Of a DNA stretch of 64,000 bases, positions 26,815-39,678 are shown in pieces (position 1 is the stretch's first letter; each line of letters starts with the position of its first letter). Location of the stretch: the NCBI GenBank assembly GCA_013239625.1, contig MU053881.1:11336873-11400872 (forward strand). Direction: 5' to 3'. Below the pieces are notes generated by a model. That model saw only the letters and a list, made by a program, of their open reading frames with translations. It had not been told where the DNA came from and did no database searches. Position numbers and translations under genes: made by a program. Source of the DNA: Lama guanicoe (Eukaryota).

Positions 26815-27074
26815 GTCTATCCCTTCCCACCCTCTACCCCCCTGGTAACCACAAGTCTGTATTTTCAAAATTGTAGGATAGATAAACAAGATTACACTGT
26901 ATAGCACAGGGAAATATACACAAAATGTTATGATAAATCACAGAGAAAAAAAATGTGACAATGAGTGTGTATATGTCCATGAATGACTGAAAATTGTGCT
27001 GAACACTGTAATTTGACACAACATTGTAAAACGATTATATATCAATAAAAAATGTTAAAAAAATGTTAAAAAAA
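26815..27074 (+). mobile_element. Young 5'-inverted (twin-primed) L1 3' UTR insertion
   Basis: Perfect TSD AAGAATGACCTA at 26803-26814 and 27075-27086. Antisense L1 piece 26815-~26866, then sense 3' UTR, AATAAA and an A-rich tail. Confidence 0.93.
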
Positions 27075-28129
27075 AAGAATGACCTAAAAAAACAAAAAGT
27101 TGAAGAAAATAGAAAGGAGAGTCTCTAAGATTAAGGACAACATAAACAGGAATTCGAGAAAAGGGAGAGCAAAAGGTTGAGTAGAAACTAAGTAACAATT
27201 ATTAATTTTTATGCATGAAATCATTTTGAAATTTTATAACTATCAAAGACAAAACAGAGAAAATCATTTTCATGGCAGCATGACAACCTCATTGAGAACA
27301 GTGGGGCCTGAATTTGAGGGTGATGCTATATCTAAAAGGATGATATTGTAGAGCCAATGTCATTAGACTTACTTTACCATTATGTCCAATATGCTTTCTA
27401 ATATCTTTATTGCGCTTACCACCCAAATACTTCAAATATGCTTGTTTCATAAAATTTAAATATAATCCTCCCTACTAACTGATATTGAAACTGATGTTCT
27501 ATTAAAACCACAATTTTAAGATTTTTTCACAATTGCATGCAACAGATGATTTTATTTGACCTTAGAAATCTACATATTTCTTTTGGAAACGGACCTTTCT
27601 ACTGTAAGTGTTGCTAACAAACAGTGAAACTTTCTCAATTAGTCTAGAAAGTACGCCACCACCCCAGCCAGCCATAGCACAGGCTGAGTGATCAGATAAG
27701 TACTGATCACAAAAGTCAATGAATCCAACTTCTGAAAGCTCTGTTTGCAGACACATTAGAGATGCATTAGAGAAGGCCACTTAGACCACATAGGAGATAC
27801 TTACATGCAACTGTGCAAAGACATCTCCTGACAGGATGTAAAGCTAAAACCCGCCTTCACAAATTTAGTTTCTCTTGTTTTCTGTTTGTTTGGTTTGGCT
27901 TGGTTTTTAGTCTGTTCTGTCCAGAGCAGCAGTGCTGAGAGAGCTGCTGCTGTGAATGTTGTTTGCTTTTCTTCCACAGAATTGCACACCTGATTGACAC
28001 ATCTTGATTCTAGTAACTTGCCTTGGTGCAGTATGTTGCCACTCATGGAGGTAACCTTGACCAGAGCTCTGGTTTCTTACTACATAATTTTTCCAGATCA
28101 TCCCCACCCCAACAATGTACTAGGTGTTT

Positions 28130-28232
28130 CCCAATGTTCACAGCACCACTATTGACAATAGCCAAGACACAGAAACAACCTAAATGTCCATCAACAGATG
28201 AATGGATAAAGAAGATGTGGTGTATATACACA
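28130..28232 (+). mobile_element. Internal L1 ORF2 fragment (~100 bp) without a tail
   Basis: Encodes PMFTAPLLTIAKTQKQPKCPSTDEWIKKMWCIYT, a well-preserved piece of the ORF2 C-terminus. Confidence 0.9.
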
Positions 28233-28254
28233 TGCTTAAAGTGAAATGTTTTCT

Positions 28255-31200
28255 TTAACCTGTTTTATGGTAAAATATCTCACTTAAAAATGCACAGCAA
28301 AAAAAAATCACAAATACTTGTGCAGTCATCATTTAGATTAAGAAATAGAGCATTCCTAGCAACCTAAAAATCCAAATCCATACACCCTCCCACCTGTCTA
28401 CCCCCAACTTCTAAAAGATAACTGAATTTCATGGTAATCACTTTGTATTTCCTTTATATTGTACAAATCAAGCACAAAACCCTAAAAGCAGTTTGGCTTA
28501 ATTTTTGAAATATATATAAATGATAATTCAGTCTTTCATGTCTGGCATCTTTGACCCAATGTTATATTTGTAAGATTCAGCCATATTGTTCACTGTAGCT
28601 AAAGGTCTTTCATTTTCATTGTTTTATAGTATTCCATTTTTTGCATGAGTAACAATACATTTACCCAAATATCCTACATAACTCTGCTATGAATATTCCT
28701 GTACATGACTTGCACATATTCTTCTTTGCTGCATATCTAGGGGAATGGAGTATGCAAACCTTCACATTTAGGAGGGAGGGCCAAATTGATTGCTCAAGTT
28801 ACTCTCCCTTCTGCAGTGTAAGAGGGCTTCCACTGTTCTATCCTTTTGTCCACTTTGGGAGTTGCTAGCCTTTTAAATTTTAACAATTCCAGTGGGTAGA
28901 TAGTTGTGTCTCATCAGGTTTCATTTTGCATTTCCTTGAAAATGAGTAAGATTGAAAACTTTTTCAGACTTTAATTTGGCATTTGGATCTCTTATTCAAG
29001 CCTCTTTCCCATTTTTCTATGGCTTCATCTTTTTTTTTTTTTAACTAATTAGTAGGATTACTAACTCTGGACACCAGTCCTTTATCCATTTGTGTACTGT
29101 AAATAAATTCTCCCACACTGTGAATTGCTTTCTATTCTCTTACTGGCACCTTTTGAAAATAAGTTCTTAAATGTAATGTTCAATTTACCAATATTTTCTT
29201 TTATGGTTAACATTTTGTGTGTCCTATTTAAGAAATATTGCCCCACTCCATTACAAAGATACTCTTTTATATCTTTCCTTCCAGAAGTTTTGTATTTCCC
29301 ACCTAATTTGTAATTTCCTGAAATTCATTTTTAATATATGATGATATATGAGTTAGCCATCAAGTTGTTCTATTTTCCATATGAATAATCAACTGCTCTA
29401 TCATCATTCGCTGAAGATACTATCATTTCCTATTGCTCTACATTACCGCTTAGTTTGAACTGTGTCTACGTAAGTACAGATCTACTTATACGCTATAGTA
29501 TTCTATGTTCCACTAATTATGTATCTATTCTTACACAAATGACATGTTTCCTTTACTGCAATGTGATAGCAGTCTTGATATCTGACAGAGTAAGTCCTCC
29601 CCCTTTGCTCTTCTTCTTCAAGGCAGAGTATAATGGCTATTATTAGCATTTTGCATTTTCATATCAACTTTAGTGTTGGCCCATCATTCTGTAAAACTCC
29701 TGTTGGGATTTCGATTAGGACTGCAGTGACTCTTAAGTGAGTTTAGGGAAAGCTAGAATCTTTACAAAAATGAATGTCTCACCCCATAAACGTGATAGGC
29801 ACATCAATATACTTACATTTTCTTTAATTTCCCTCAATAATATTTTGTAGTTTCTTCCAGGTAGGGATTGTACTTTGTCTGCTAGACTTAGTATTTGATA
29901 TTTTATGCTATTTTGAATGATATTGCTTTAGAATTTTATTTTCTGTTTGTTAAAGCTATAAAGAGATGTCACTGAGTTTTATGCTTTAACCTGTATACAG
30001 AAACTTTGCTAAAGTAAGTCCATTGACTTTAATATTTATTTGTATTCTTTTGTTTCTATTCATATATTATCATATGTAAATAATGAGAACTCCTTTCCAA
30101 TTACATTCCTTCTGTTTCTTTTTTATTGGTTTACTGCACTGTTAAAGTCTCCAATAAATGATGGTGACAGTATCTACCTATGTCTGTGTTTTAAATGGAG
30201 GACTTTAAAATTTTCAATATCAAGTACTATTTTTGCTATATGACTTTTTTGGTATATTCATTTAGTAGATTGAGGACATTCTCTTTATTCTTTGTTTTCT
30301 AACAGCTTTAAAAATAATGAGTAAATATTAAACGTTATCAAACCCTCTTTCACAACATGTTTGAGATGATGATATAACTTTTTTTTCCTATTAACATATT
30401 ATAGTAAATTAATAGATTTCTCAGTGTTAAACTAACCTTACATTCTCCAAACACAACCAAACTAGTTATGATGCATTACTCTTTTTTATGGTTTCCTGAA
30501 TTAAGTTTGATAATATTTTTATTAGAATTTGGAATTCTATATTCATGTTTAAGATAGGCATAAAAATGTCCTTTCTGGAAGTGTTCCAGGCCTCACAGTA
30601 TGAACTGGAAAGCATCTGTGCTGTGTTTTGTTTTGTTTTGTATTCCTAGAAGTTCTTGAACAAAACTGGATTATTTATTGCTTAAACATTTGGAAGTGTT
30701 CAGCAAATGAAAGCATCTAGGCCTAGATTTTTTGTTTTGCAAAAATTTTGAAAAAAAAATTTTTGTAGAAAGGCTTTCAATTAGGGATTACATTTAATCA
30801 ATATTCATAAGATTATTCAAATTTCTACTTTACCTGTATCTTCTACATTGTCATAATATTGATTTCAAGATTATTCATTATATCACCTTATATTTTTAAT
30901 ATTTCTAACTTTTTTATTAGAACATTATATTTTGAAGTAGTTTAGGTCCACAGTAAAATTAAGAAGATAACAGAGATTTCTCATACGCCTTCTGCCCCAA
31001 CACGTGTACAGCCACTCCCATTATCAATATCCCACTACAGAGGGGAATATTTGTTACAATATATCATTATCACCCAATGTCCATAGTTTACATTAGGATT
31101 CACTCTTGATGTTCTATATTATATGGGTTTGGACAACTGTATAATTGTATCCATCATCAGAGGATCACAGAGAATATTTACACTGCCCTAAAAATTCTCA

Positions 31201-34030
31201 GTCCTCCACCACTCTTCCCTTCACTCTGCTCCCAAACCTATGGTAACTACTGATCTTTTTACTGTTTTCATAGTTTTGTCTTTTCCAGAATGTCAAGTAG
31301 TTGGAATCTCCAAAGATTTTATTCTTGAAATTGGCCATTTTCTGTCTCTGTCGCTCTTTCTCTCAACACACCTGCGGTTTGTCTGTTTTATTCATCTTTT
31401 GATTCTTTCTTATTTTTTCTATTTTGTTAATTCTATTTTGTCTTATTTCAATTCTCCTACTTTAAAAAAAATTTAAACTACTGTTATATAACTTAGTAAG
31501 AAATCTTGATTCACTGATTTTCAATCTTTTTTCTTCTTTTCAAATATACACAGTGAAAGCCAACAATTGTAAGCAAAGATTTTTCTGCCTCCCACAAGTT
31601 TTAATATGTTATTTTTATTATCATTCAGGTTAAAACCTTTTCTATTCTGTATTATGATTTTTCCTTTTTACTTCTGAGTTATTTAAAAGTATCTCCCTCA
31701 GTTGCCAAACATACTGGGGCTTTCTACTTACTTTTATAACTTAGTTTTCTATAAAATACTTAATTTTTGGCTAAAGCATTTTATTTTTATATTTTCTATT
31801 TTTGGCCTTAAATAAGACTTACTTAACAACGCAGTATTTATACAATTTTTGTAAATATGTGTGCTTAAAAGAACGTTTGTTATTGCATTTGCTGAGTGTA
31901 ATGTTCTATACATTATACCCACTATGTCAGGTTTGCTAAATGTTTTTCAGATATTTTATAGCTTAATTGACTTTTGATCTGCTTTTCTTGTTACTGAGGG
32001 AGTATAATAAAATTTCTCACTATGTTTGTGGGCTTGCTTTTTCTCCTATAGTTCTGTAAATTTTCCTTTTTATATGTTATTGAATATTAAGTCATTTATA
32101 CAATTTTAGACATGTTATATCTCCTTGGTGAATTACGACAATGGAGTGCCAACCTTTATCTTTATCCTTTTTACCTTTAATTATAATATTCCTGCCATTA
32201 AAATATCTGTATGAGTTTTTAAAGTATTTGTATGAACTACCTTCTGTAAATCTTTTGCTTCCTCTTCTTTTGATGTGTCATTTTTAACGACTTTATTGAG
32301 AAATAATTTACATAACATACAACTCACCAACTCAAATTGTATGCCTTTATGTTTTTGACATCTTCACCAGTTCAAACTGTACATCTTCATATTTTTGATA
32401 CATTACTATAGACAGCATTTTGTTATTTTAGGCAATCTGAAAATCTTTGTATTTTAAATGAAACATTTAATCCATATATGTTCAACATATACATTCATAT
32501 ATTTGTCTTTAAATATACCATCTTTTTCTATCGTATTCATGCCATTTTTTTTCTGTTTTCTTATTTTCCTTCTCTCTAAATTAATTTTTTGCCTGAAAGA
32601 TTTTTGTTATTCAATTTCATCTTTTTGTTCTAAAGTTATGAACTCTTTTTTTTTTTGACTCAGTTTGCCTAATCCCTATTATTGTAAGCTGTGCTAAACC
32701 CTAGAAGATGTTACTATTTTTTAATGAAGTCAATATTCATGCAGATACTTCCACATACTTACCCCTTCCTGGTATTCTTATTTCCTTATAATTTCTTACT
32801 GTCAGTAAAGACAAATTTCCTTCTCCTGAAGAATCCCTTTTAATGTTTCTTTAATGTGCATCCTCCTGTAATAAATTATCTGATTTCTTGTTTTTCTGAA
32901 AACATCTTTATTTTGATGATGTCTATGAATTACAGTTTTGCTGAAGATAAAATTATGCTAATATTTATACTTTTCCATTTAAAGATGTTATTCCACTGAA
33001 CGTTGGTTCCCATCATTTGTACTGAAAGCCCAATTGTTAATCTTATTGTTCTCTGGAATATAACATGTCTTTCATCTCTAGTTCCTTTTAACTCTTGCTC
33101 TTAATATCTTTAGTTCAGCAGTTTTTAAATCAAGTCAATTCTATGACTTGATAACTTGATGCCTTTTTCCCGTTTGGTTCAGTTCTCTGCCATCTTCTCT
33201 TCAGGTATTACTTCTGCTCCATTTCCTATCTAACTCTCCTTGGATTACCAATTCCAGAAAATCAAGCCTGTTTATTTACTTCTAAGTTAACCTCTTTTGA
33301 TTAATTCTCTTTTCAACTATGTCTACTCTGTGTTAAACTCATCAGCTAACTTCTTCCTTTGAATTTATCTCCAGTATTTCCAACTGATATGTTATATTTC
33401 CTAGTCTTCTGTAAATACTCAATATTTGCTTTAACTTATTTGACACAGTGAGATTACTCAAAATCTGTGTTTAATAAGTTTACATTTGGAAATTAGCGGG
33501 TATGTTTCTTTCTTCTACTGTTTTATTGCTTTTCCTCATGATGTGTTCTCCTCCTGTTCTTCGTTATTTTCTCTGGGTGCCAGATTTTTTTTTAAATTTT
33601 TATAGAAATAATTTGACTTTTCAGATGATAATATCCTACTCGAGAGTATTAATATTTGCTCTGCCAGGTCCCTAGGGACACTAGCAATATGGAATTACCT
33701 CAGTTCAATTCCAGATACGAAAGAATACAAAACTGAGCTGCAATCCCTGCAGAAGACTATATGCACTTTTTCCGTATCCTTATGACACCACTCTGACACC
33801 TATCCCTTTCCTCTCAGCCCCAAGAAGCTATCAAAAGAACGGCTCAAGACTTTATCAACCCATTTAGGAAATGGTAAACACCCACAGGGTAAAATATTCT
33901 GGCCCTGAATCTTCCCCTTCATAGCTGCCTATTAATTCTGTTACTTTCAATAACATTTGTCCATTTTCTATTTTTCTAGCTGTCCTCAGCAGAAAAGCTT
34001 GATCTGAATTATCTACTCTACCACTACTAG
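28255..34030 (-). mobile_element. Long ancient antisense LINE-1 (L1ME/L1M-type) running from the 3' UTR towards ORF1
   Basis: T-rich antisense L1 motifs, e.g. TTTTGCATTTCCTTGA, TTTGCATTTTCATATCAACTTTAG...CTGTTGGGATTTCGATTAGGACTGCA, TTGAGATGATGATATAAC, CTCCCACAAGTTTTAATATG, AAAGATGTTATTCCACTG. Heavily decayed and possibly several pieces. Confidence 0.8.
30910..31308 (-). mobile_element. L1MC1-like 3' end nested in the older L1
   Basis: Reverse-complement homologue of 18770-19090 (CCATAGTTTACATTAGGATTCACTCTTG...GGGTTTGGACAA...CACTGCCCTAAAAATTCTC). Confidence 0.85.
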
Positions 34031-35131
34031 AAGCTCTACTGCACTGATGTCTTTTCTCTTTTAGTTTATGACACTGGCATGGCTCCAAACAGAACCATAA
34101 GGCAGGCAGTAAAAAAAAGTAGGTGTTACAAAAACTGCAACAAATGCTGGTGTGGAAAAAGAAAATTCTTCAGTTGAGATTATTATCCTCATTTGAGTCA
34201 AAAGACTCTTTTCTCAGCCAACATACCCAAATATCAAAAATTGAAAAATAAATAACATTTCTTGCGAGCTCCACATTTTTCATTCTATTTACTTATAAAA
34301 ATTTTAAGTTAAAAATATGTGTTTACTATAGTAAATAAAATTCAAAACTGCATTATGAAAATCGTATTTATCAAAATTTTGAATTATAAGAAATAAAAAT
34401 GTAGAAACCACTAATATTAAATACATTTGCATAGAATATATTTATGTATATATTTTTCTTTCTTCATATTAAATAATCCTCAAATGATTTGTACGGTAGT
34501 ATTTGAGAATTTTAATTTTATTCTTGTATTTTGAGACCAAAAGACAAGAAGGGCATCATGTTGAGAATCTAAAACCGGGAATACTAAAAAAAAAAGTGAT
34601 CTTGAAAAGTAGTAAGTGCTGTGTAGAGTAGCGGAAGTTAGGAAGCAAAATAAGTAGAAGAAGAGACAAAGAAAAGTTTAGGAATCAAAATGTGATCTAT
34701 AAAATGAATATAGGGCTATAAAAGAAATAAACTGTTTAAAAAATATTCAGAGTTAATACAGTAGTTTCACTCTCTGCTGCGTATTTTCCAACACTGCCAA
34801 GGAATTCTACAGTGAATCCTGAGTGGGTGCCCTGCAAATTTAACTCAATTCTGACTGTATCTACCTGAAGATAGTCACACAGAGTCAGATCCCACAAGTT
34901 AAGACCCAGTCCTACAAGACTGCCCCCCGTTCACATGCCAATCACAAGGTTAGGTTGTTACCTGTGCTTCTGACTGACAGGCTATAAATCAAAGGTCCTG
35001 TGACCCACTCCCAGGTTGTATTAGTTCTCTGAAGCAGCTCACAGAATTCAGGAAACCAGTTTACTAAACAAACTGCCGGTTTATTATAAACGATACTAAA
35101 GGATGTAAGTGAGCAGCCAACTTAAAAGATA

Positions 35132-37470
35132 CAGGCATACCTTGCTTTATTGCCCTTTGCTTTACTACACTTTAAAGATATTGCAGTTTTTACAAATTAA
35201 AAGATTTGTGGCAACCCTGCATTGAGCAAGTCTGTGGGGTTAGTTTTTCAAGAACATTTGTTTGCTTCATATTTGTGTGTCACATTTTGGTAATTCTCAC
35301 AGTACTTCACGTTCTTCCACTATGATTATATTTATTGTGGTGATCTGTGATCAGTGATCTTTGATGTTTCTAGTATTATTGTTTTGAGGTGCCACAAATC
35401 ATGTTCATAAAAGACCATGAACCCAGTAAGTGTTGTCTGTGTGATGACTGCTCCACCCACCAGCTGCTTCCCTCTCCCTATTCCCTAACACACAACAATA
35501 TTGAAATTAGGACAGTTAATAACTCTGCACTGACCTCAACGTGCCCATATAAAAGGAAGGGTCACTTGTCTCTCACTTTAAAGCAAAAGCTAAAAATGAT
35601 GAAGCTTAGTGAAGAAGGTATGTTGAAATTTGAGATAGGCCACAGTTAGGCCTCTTGCACCAGACAGTTAGCCAAGCTGTGAGTGCAAAGGGAAAGTTCT
35701 CGAAGGGAACTAAAAGTTCTACTCCACTGAACACACAAATGATAAGAATGCAAAACAGCCTTATTGACAGTGAGAAGGTTTTAGCGGTCTAGATAGAAAA
35801 TCTAACCGGCCACAATATTTCCTTAACCACAGCCTAATCGAGAGTAAGGCCCTCTCTTCAATTCCACAGAGGCAAAGAGAGGTGAACAAGCTGCAGAAGA
35901 GAAGTTTGAAGCTAGCAGAAGTTGGTTCATGATGTTTAAGGAAAGGAGTCATCTCCATAACATAAAAGTGCCAGATGAAGCATTAAGTGCTGATGTGGAA
36001 GCTGCATCAAGTTATCCAGGAGATCTGGATAAGAAAATTCATGAAAATGGCTACACTAAATAACATATTTTCAGTGTAGGAAAAACAGCCTTATATTGGA
36101 AGAAGATGCCATGTGGGACTTTCATAGCTCAAGAGGAGAAGTCAATACCTAGCTTCAAAGTTTCAAAGGACAGGCTACCTCTCTTGTCTGGGACTAACGC
36201 AGCTGGTAATTTTATTTGAGGCCAATGGTCATTGACCATTCTGAAAATCCTAATGCTAAATCTACTCTGTCTGTGCTCTCTGAATGAAACAACGAAGCCT
36301 GATAACTATACATCTGCTGACAACATGGTTTACTGAGTATTTTAAGCCCACTGTTTGAGACATACTGTCAGAAAAAAAGATTTTTTTTCCAAATATAACG
36401 GCTCGTTGACAATATACCTGGTCACCCAAGAGCTTTGAAAGAGATATACAATGAGATTAATGTTGTTTTTCATGCCTGCTAACACAGTATTCATTCTGAA
36501 GCCCATGGTTCAAGGAGTAACTTCAACTTTCAAGTCTTATTCCTTAAGAATTATATTTTTTAAAGCCATAGCTTCCATAGGGATTGATTTCTCTGATGGA
36601 TCTGGGAAAATTCAATTGAAAGCCTTCTGGAAAGGATTCACCATTCTTTATGCCATTAATGACATTTGTGATTCATGGGAAGAGGTCAAAATATCAAAAT
36701 TAACAGGAACTTGGGGAAGTCGATTCCAACCCTCACAGATAACAAGGAGGGGTTCAAGACTTCAGGGGTGGAAGTAATGGCAGATGTAGTAGAAAGAAGA
36801 AGAGAGCTAGAACTAGAAGTGGAGTCAGAAGATGTGACTGAACTGCTGTAATCTCATGATGAAAATTTAAAGGACGAGGAGGTGCTCCTTACGGATGAGC
36901 AAAGGAGGTGTTTTCTTGAGATGGAATCTATTCCTGATAATATGCTGTGAAGATTGTTGAAATGACAAGAAAGGATTTACAATATTACATACATTTACTT
37001 GATAAAGCAGGGGCAGTTTTAGTACTGACTCAAAATTTGAAAGAAGTTCTACTGTGGATAAAATCCTATCAAATAGCATTGCACATTACAGAAATTATTT
37101 GTGAAAGGAAGAGTCAATAAACACAGCAAACTTCATTTTTCTCTTCATTTAAGAAACTGCCACGGCTACCCCAACCTTCAGCAACCACCACCCTGATCAG
37201 TCAGAACATTTTAGCATGAGATCAAAAGATTATGACTCACTGAAGGCTCAGATGATAGTCAGCATTTTTAGTAACAAATTTTTTTTGAATTAAGGTACGT
37301 AAGTTTTTTAGACATAATGCTATTGCACCCTTAATAGACTACAGTATAGGGTAAACATTACTTTTATATGCACTGAGAAAGCAAAAAAAAAATGTGGCTC
37401 ATTCTATCGTGATTTTTGCTTTATTGTAGTGGTCTGGAACCAAATCCACAGTATCTCCGAGGTTTGCCAC
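35132..37470 (+). mobile_element. Near-full-length Tigger1 (TcMar/pogo) DNA transposon, ~2.34 kb
   Basis: Left TIR CAGGCATACCTTG follows TA (35130-35131). The degenerate right TIR CGAGGTTTGCCAC precedes TA (37471-37472). Typical TTTGTGGCAACCCTGCATTGAGCAAGTCT and a transposase remnant lie inside. Confidence 0.96.
35545..37110 (+). pseudogene. Decayed Tigger1 transposase (HTH + DDE, CENP-B/pogo family)
   Basis: [107 protein letters not shown] and QLKAFWKGFTILYAINDICDSWEEVK. Several stops and frameshifts. Confidence 0.92.
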
Positions 37471-38246
37471 TATATAGTGCAAAGTCTGGAAAGTCCTGAA
37501 CACCTGAGCTTCTGCCCCTATGGAGTCTGGAGTATGTTACCCTCCCAGCACATGGATGCACTCTAGTTCAGTAACCAGAGTTCTGGAAGTTCATCAAACT
37601 CTGTCCTTTTTAATTTTAATGGAGTCTTCATCACAGAGGCATAACATTAAATAATTGGCCATTGGTGATGGATGTCTATCTCCAGACCCTCTTCCCTCCT
37701 AGACTGGTTCCCCAATTTGGGAGCTGTCTAAATGTTATCTCATCAACATACACTCAGAAGGGGTTGAAAGGGGCCTGTTATGAAAAACAAGATACTCTTT
37801 TTACCTCTGTCATTCTTTATCACTTAGGAAGTTTCAACAGTTTTAGGACCTTTGCCATAGAAAGAGACTAAGACCAAATATATATTTCTTATTATAAATG
37901 ACAATATCACAAACTCAAAAACAGAAACCATTTATGCAAGCTAGAAGATGGCATTCAAGAATAATTTAAGAATAAACCCATCTAGCATTTGTCTTCTTAT
38001 CTCACAGACAACTCATTCCCTCTAAATATCTGATTTAATTCTATTAATGTATGTGCATGTAGACTTTGATCTATCAAGAAAGGATTTATGACACCTGTTT
38101 ATTTCCAAGTATTAGAAATTTCAGTGACAGAATAGGTCTGTGAGGAAACTCGAAGTTTATGAATTTTATCAATATAAGCAGATTAAAGGCAAGTGACTGT
38201 CACAAGTGGTAGGAAAATTTTTTTAAAAGGGAAGGTATGTTACACT

Positions 38247-38321
38247 CTTCTCCCTTCCTTCCTTCCTTCCTTCCTTTCCTTCTTTTCCTTCCTTCCTTCC
38301 TTTCCTTCCTTCCTTCCTTCC
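38247..38321. repeat. (TTCC)n polypyrimidine microsatellite
   Basis: Imperfect CCTT repeat of about 75 bp. Confidence 0.95.
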
Positions 38322-39325
38322 TAATTGATTGCATGCAATATTCTGTTATTTTTGTTTACTCAGTAAAGCCATTAAGTAACCACATAAAAGACTGGGGACA
38401 AGCTCTCTTAGAACTACTGATAGTTCCTACTGAAAATGAAGATTCCACGGATAGTCCATCCTATGCCTATAAATAGCATACGACCCAGAATAACATGCTC
38501 TCCTCATTGTTTATACATTAAAGTTTTCAAATTGTTACAGTGAAGCCTAGGGATCTGCTCCCTCACCAATATAATCCACTAACAAATCCTATACTGAAGA
38601 ATGCTGGTGACTACTATCTGAAGCCCAAGCAACAAAAGCAAGACATCTAAAAAAATACTTTGTTTTAGATATTTTGGGGGTTGTGATCAGCAAAGCATGA
38701 AGAACACTGAAATGAAGACTTTTGTTTACTTCTAAAATTGACTCAGTTCTTGTGTCCAGAGGTTGAAAGAGCAAATTTCTATAATAGACAGATAGAAAGA
38801 TAGAAAGATTAGATAGAAAGATAGATTCCTTTCACACCATTCAACTATTTAAATGTAATTTCTTTCTTTTCTCTTCTAAAAAGTGATCTCACTTGATATT
38901 TACCGTTATAATTGATAGAATTGTAGACTATTACATATTTATTTAATTATAATAACCCTTTGAATAATACTCAGCAAATAATGCATTCTTTTATTGGGAT
39001 AAGTTTGATTCTTTTTGTTTACAAAACTAAATTTTACACTTTTAAAACAATTCTTTTGAATGCATCTGCCTATAATACAGTTTTCTGTGAAGTTATGAGT
39101 GTCCTCTTGGCTCAGTATTTTTTTTTATCACTCGAGGCAACACCCACAGGGTGTGCCTATATCATTCATAGTATGAGTCCAAGAACTGGGTAACCAGAGG
39201 TGACAAATTTAAAGCATAATTCAAAAGACAAAGTGTTAACACATGAGATACTTGGATAACATTTTAGATAACATCTGAAGTATATTATTGATGTAGTAGC
39301 TTAATCTACTCCACTTGTTTATTCT

Positions 39326-39678
39326 CAGTGTAGTATTGTGCTTAAGAGCTTGGAGTTGGAAGTCAAGCAAATGTGAGTTGAATTCTGGCTTTGCAAAGTG
39401 ATTTGGGCAAGTGGCTTACTTCCTGAGGAAAGCTTAGAGCTCTCAGCTAAAAAAGTGGGATAAAGTGGGTACTGAGGCCCAGCAAAGTATTTATTACATA
39501 AAGGCAAGAACTTTGCTGTCTTTTTCACTGCTATATTGTAAGTACCTGTAACAATATCTAGCAAATGACAGGCAGTCACCAAGTAATTATTTAATGAATC
39601 AAATAACTCAATATGCAAGATCCTTAGCCCTGTATAGCAATATTAGTAAGAACTAGACAAGTCATAGTTATTATTATT
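39326..39678 (+). mobile_element. MIR with an L2 3' end inserted at ~39497-39604
   Basis: MIR 5' half (GTGCTTAAGAGC...GTTGAATTCTGGCTTTGC...GTGATTTGGGCAAGTGGCTTA), then an L2 tail (AAGGCAAGAACTTTG...TTCACTGCTATA...TATTTAATGAAT), then the MIR 3' half ending TAGTTATTATTATT. Confidence 0.6.

Larger units (their letters stand above)
34770..37911 (-). mobile_element. MER21-family ERVL LTR split in two by Tigger1
   Basis: The reverse complement of the right end reads TGTGATATTGTCATTTATAATAAGAAATATATATTTGGTCTT (MER21 5' end). The left half has TTAACTCAATTCTGAC...AGATCCCACAAGTTAAG...CCTACAAGACTGCCCCC...CAGCTCACAGAA. The halves join across a TA. Confidence 0.82.

Noticed and set aside
35545..37110. 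Possible domesticated pogo transposase gene (TIGD1-like)
   Set aside because: Several in-frame stops and frameshifts, and the element retains TIRs and TA flanks; it is an ordinary Tigger1 fossil.
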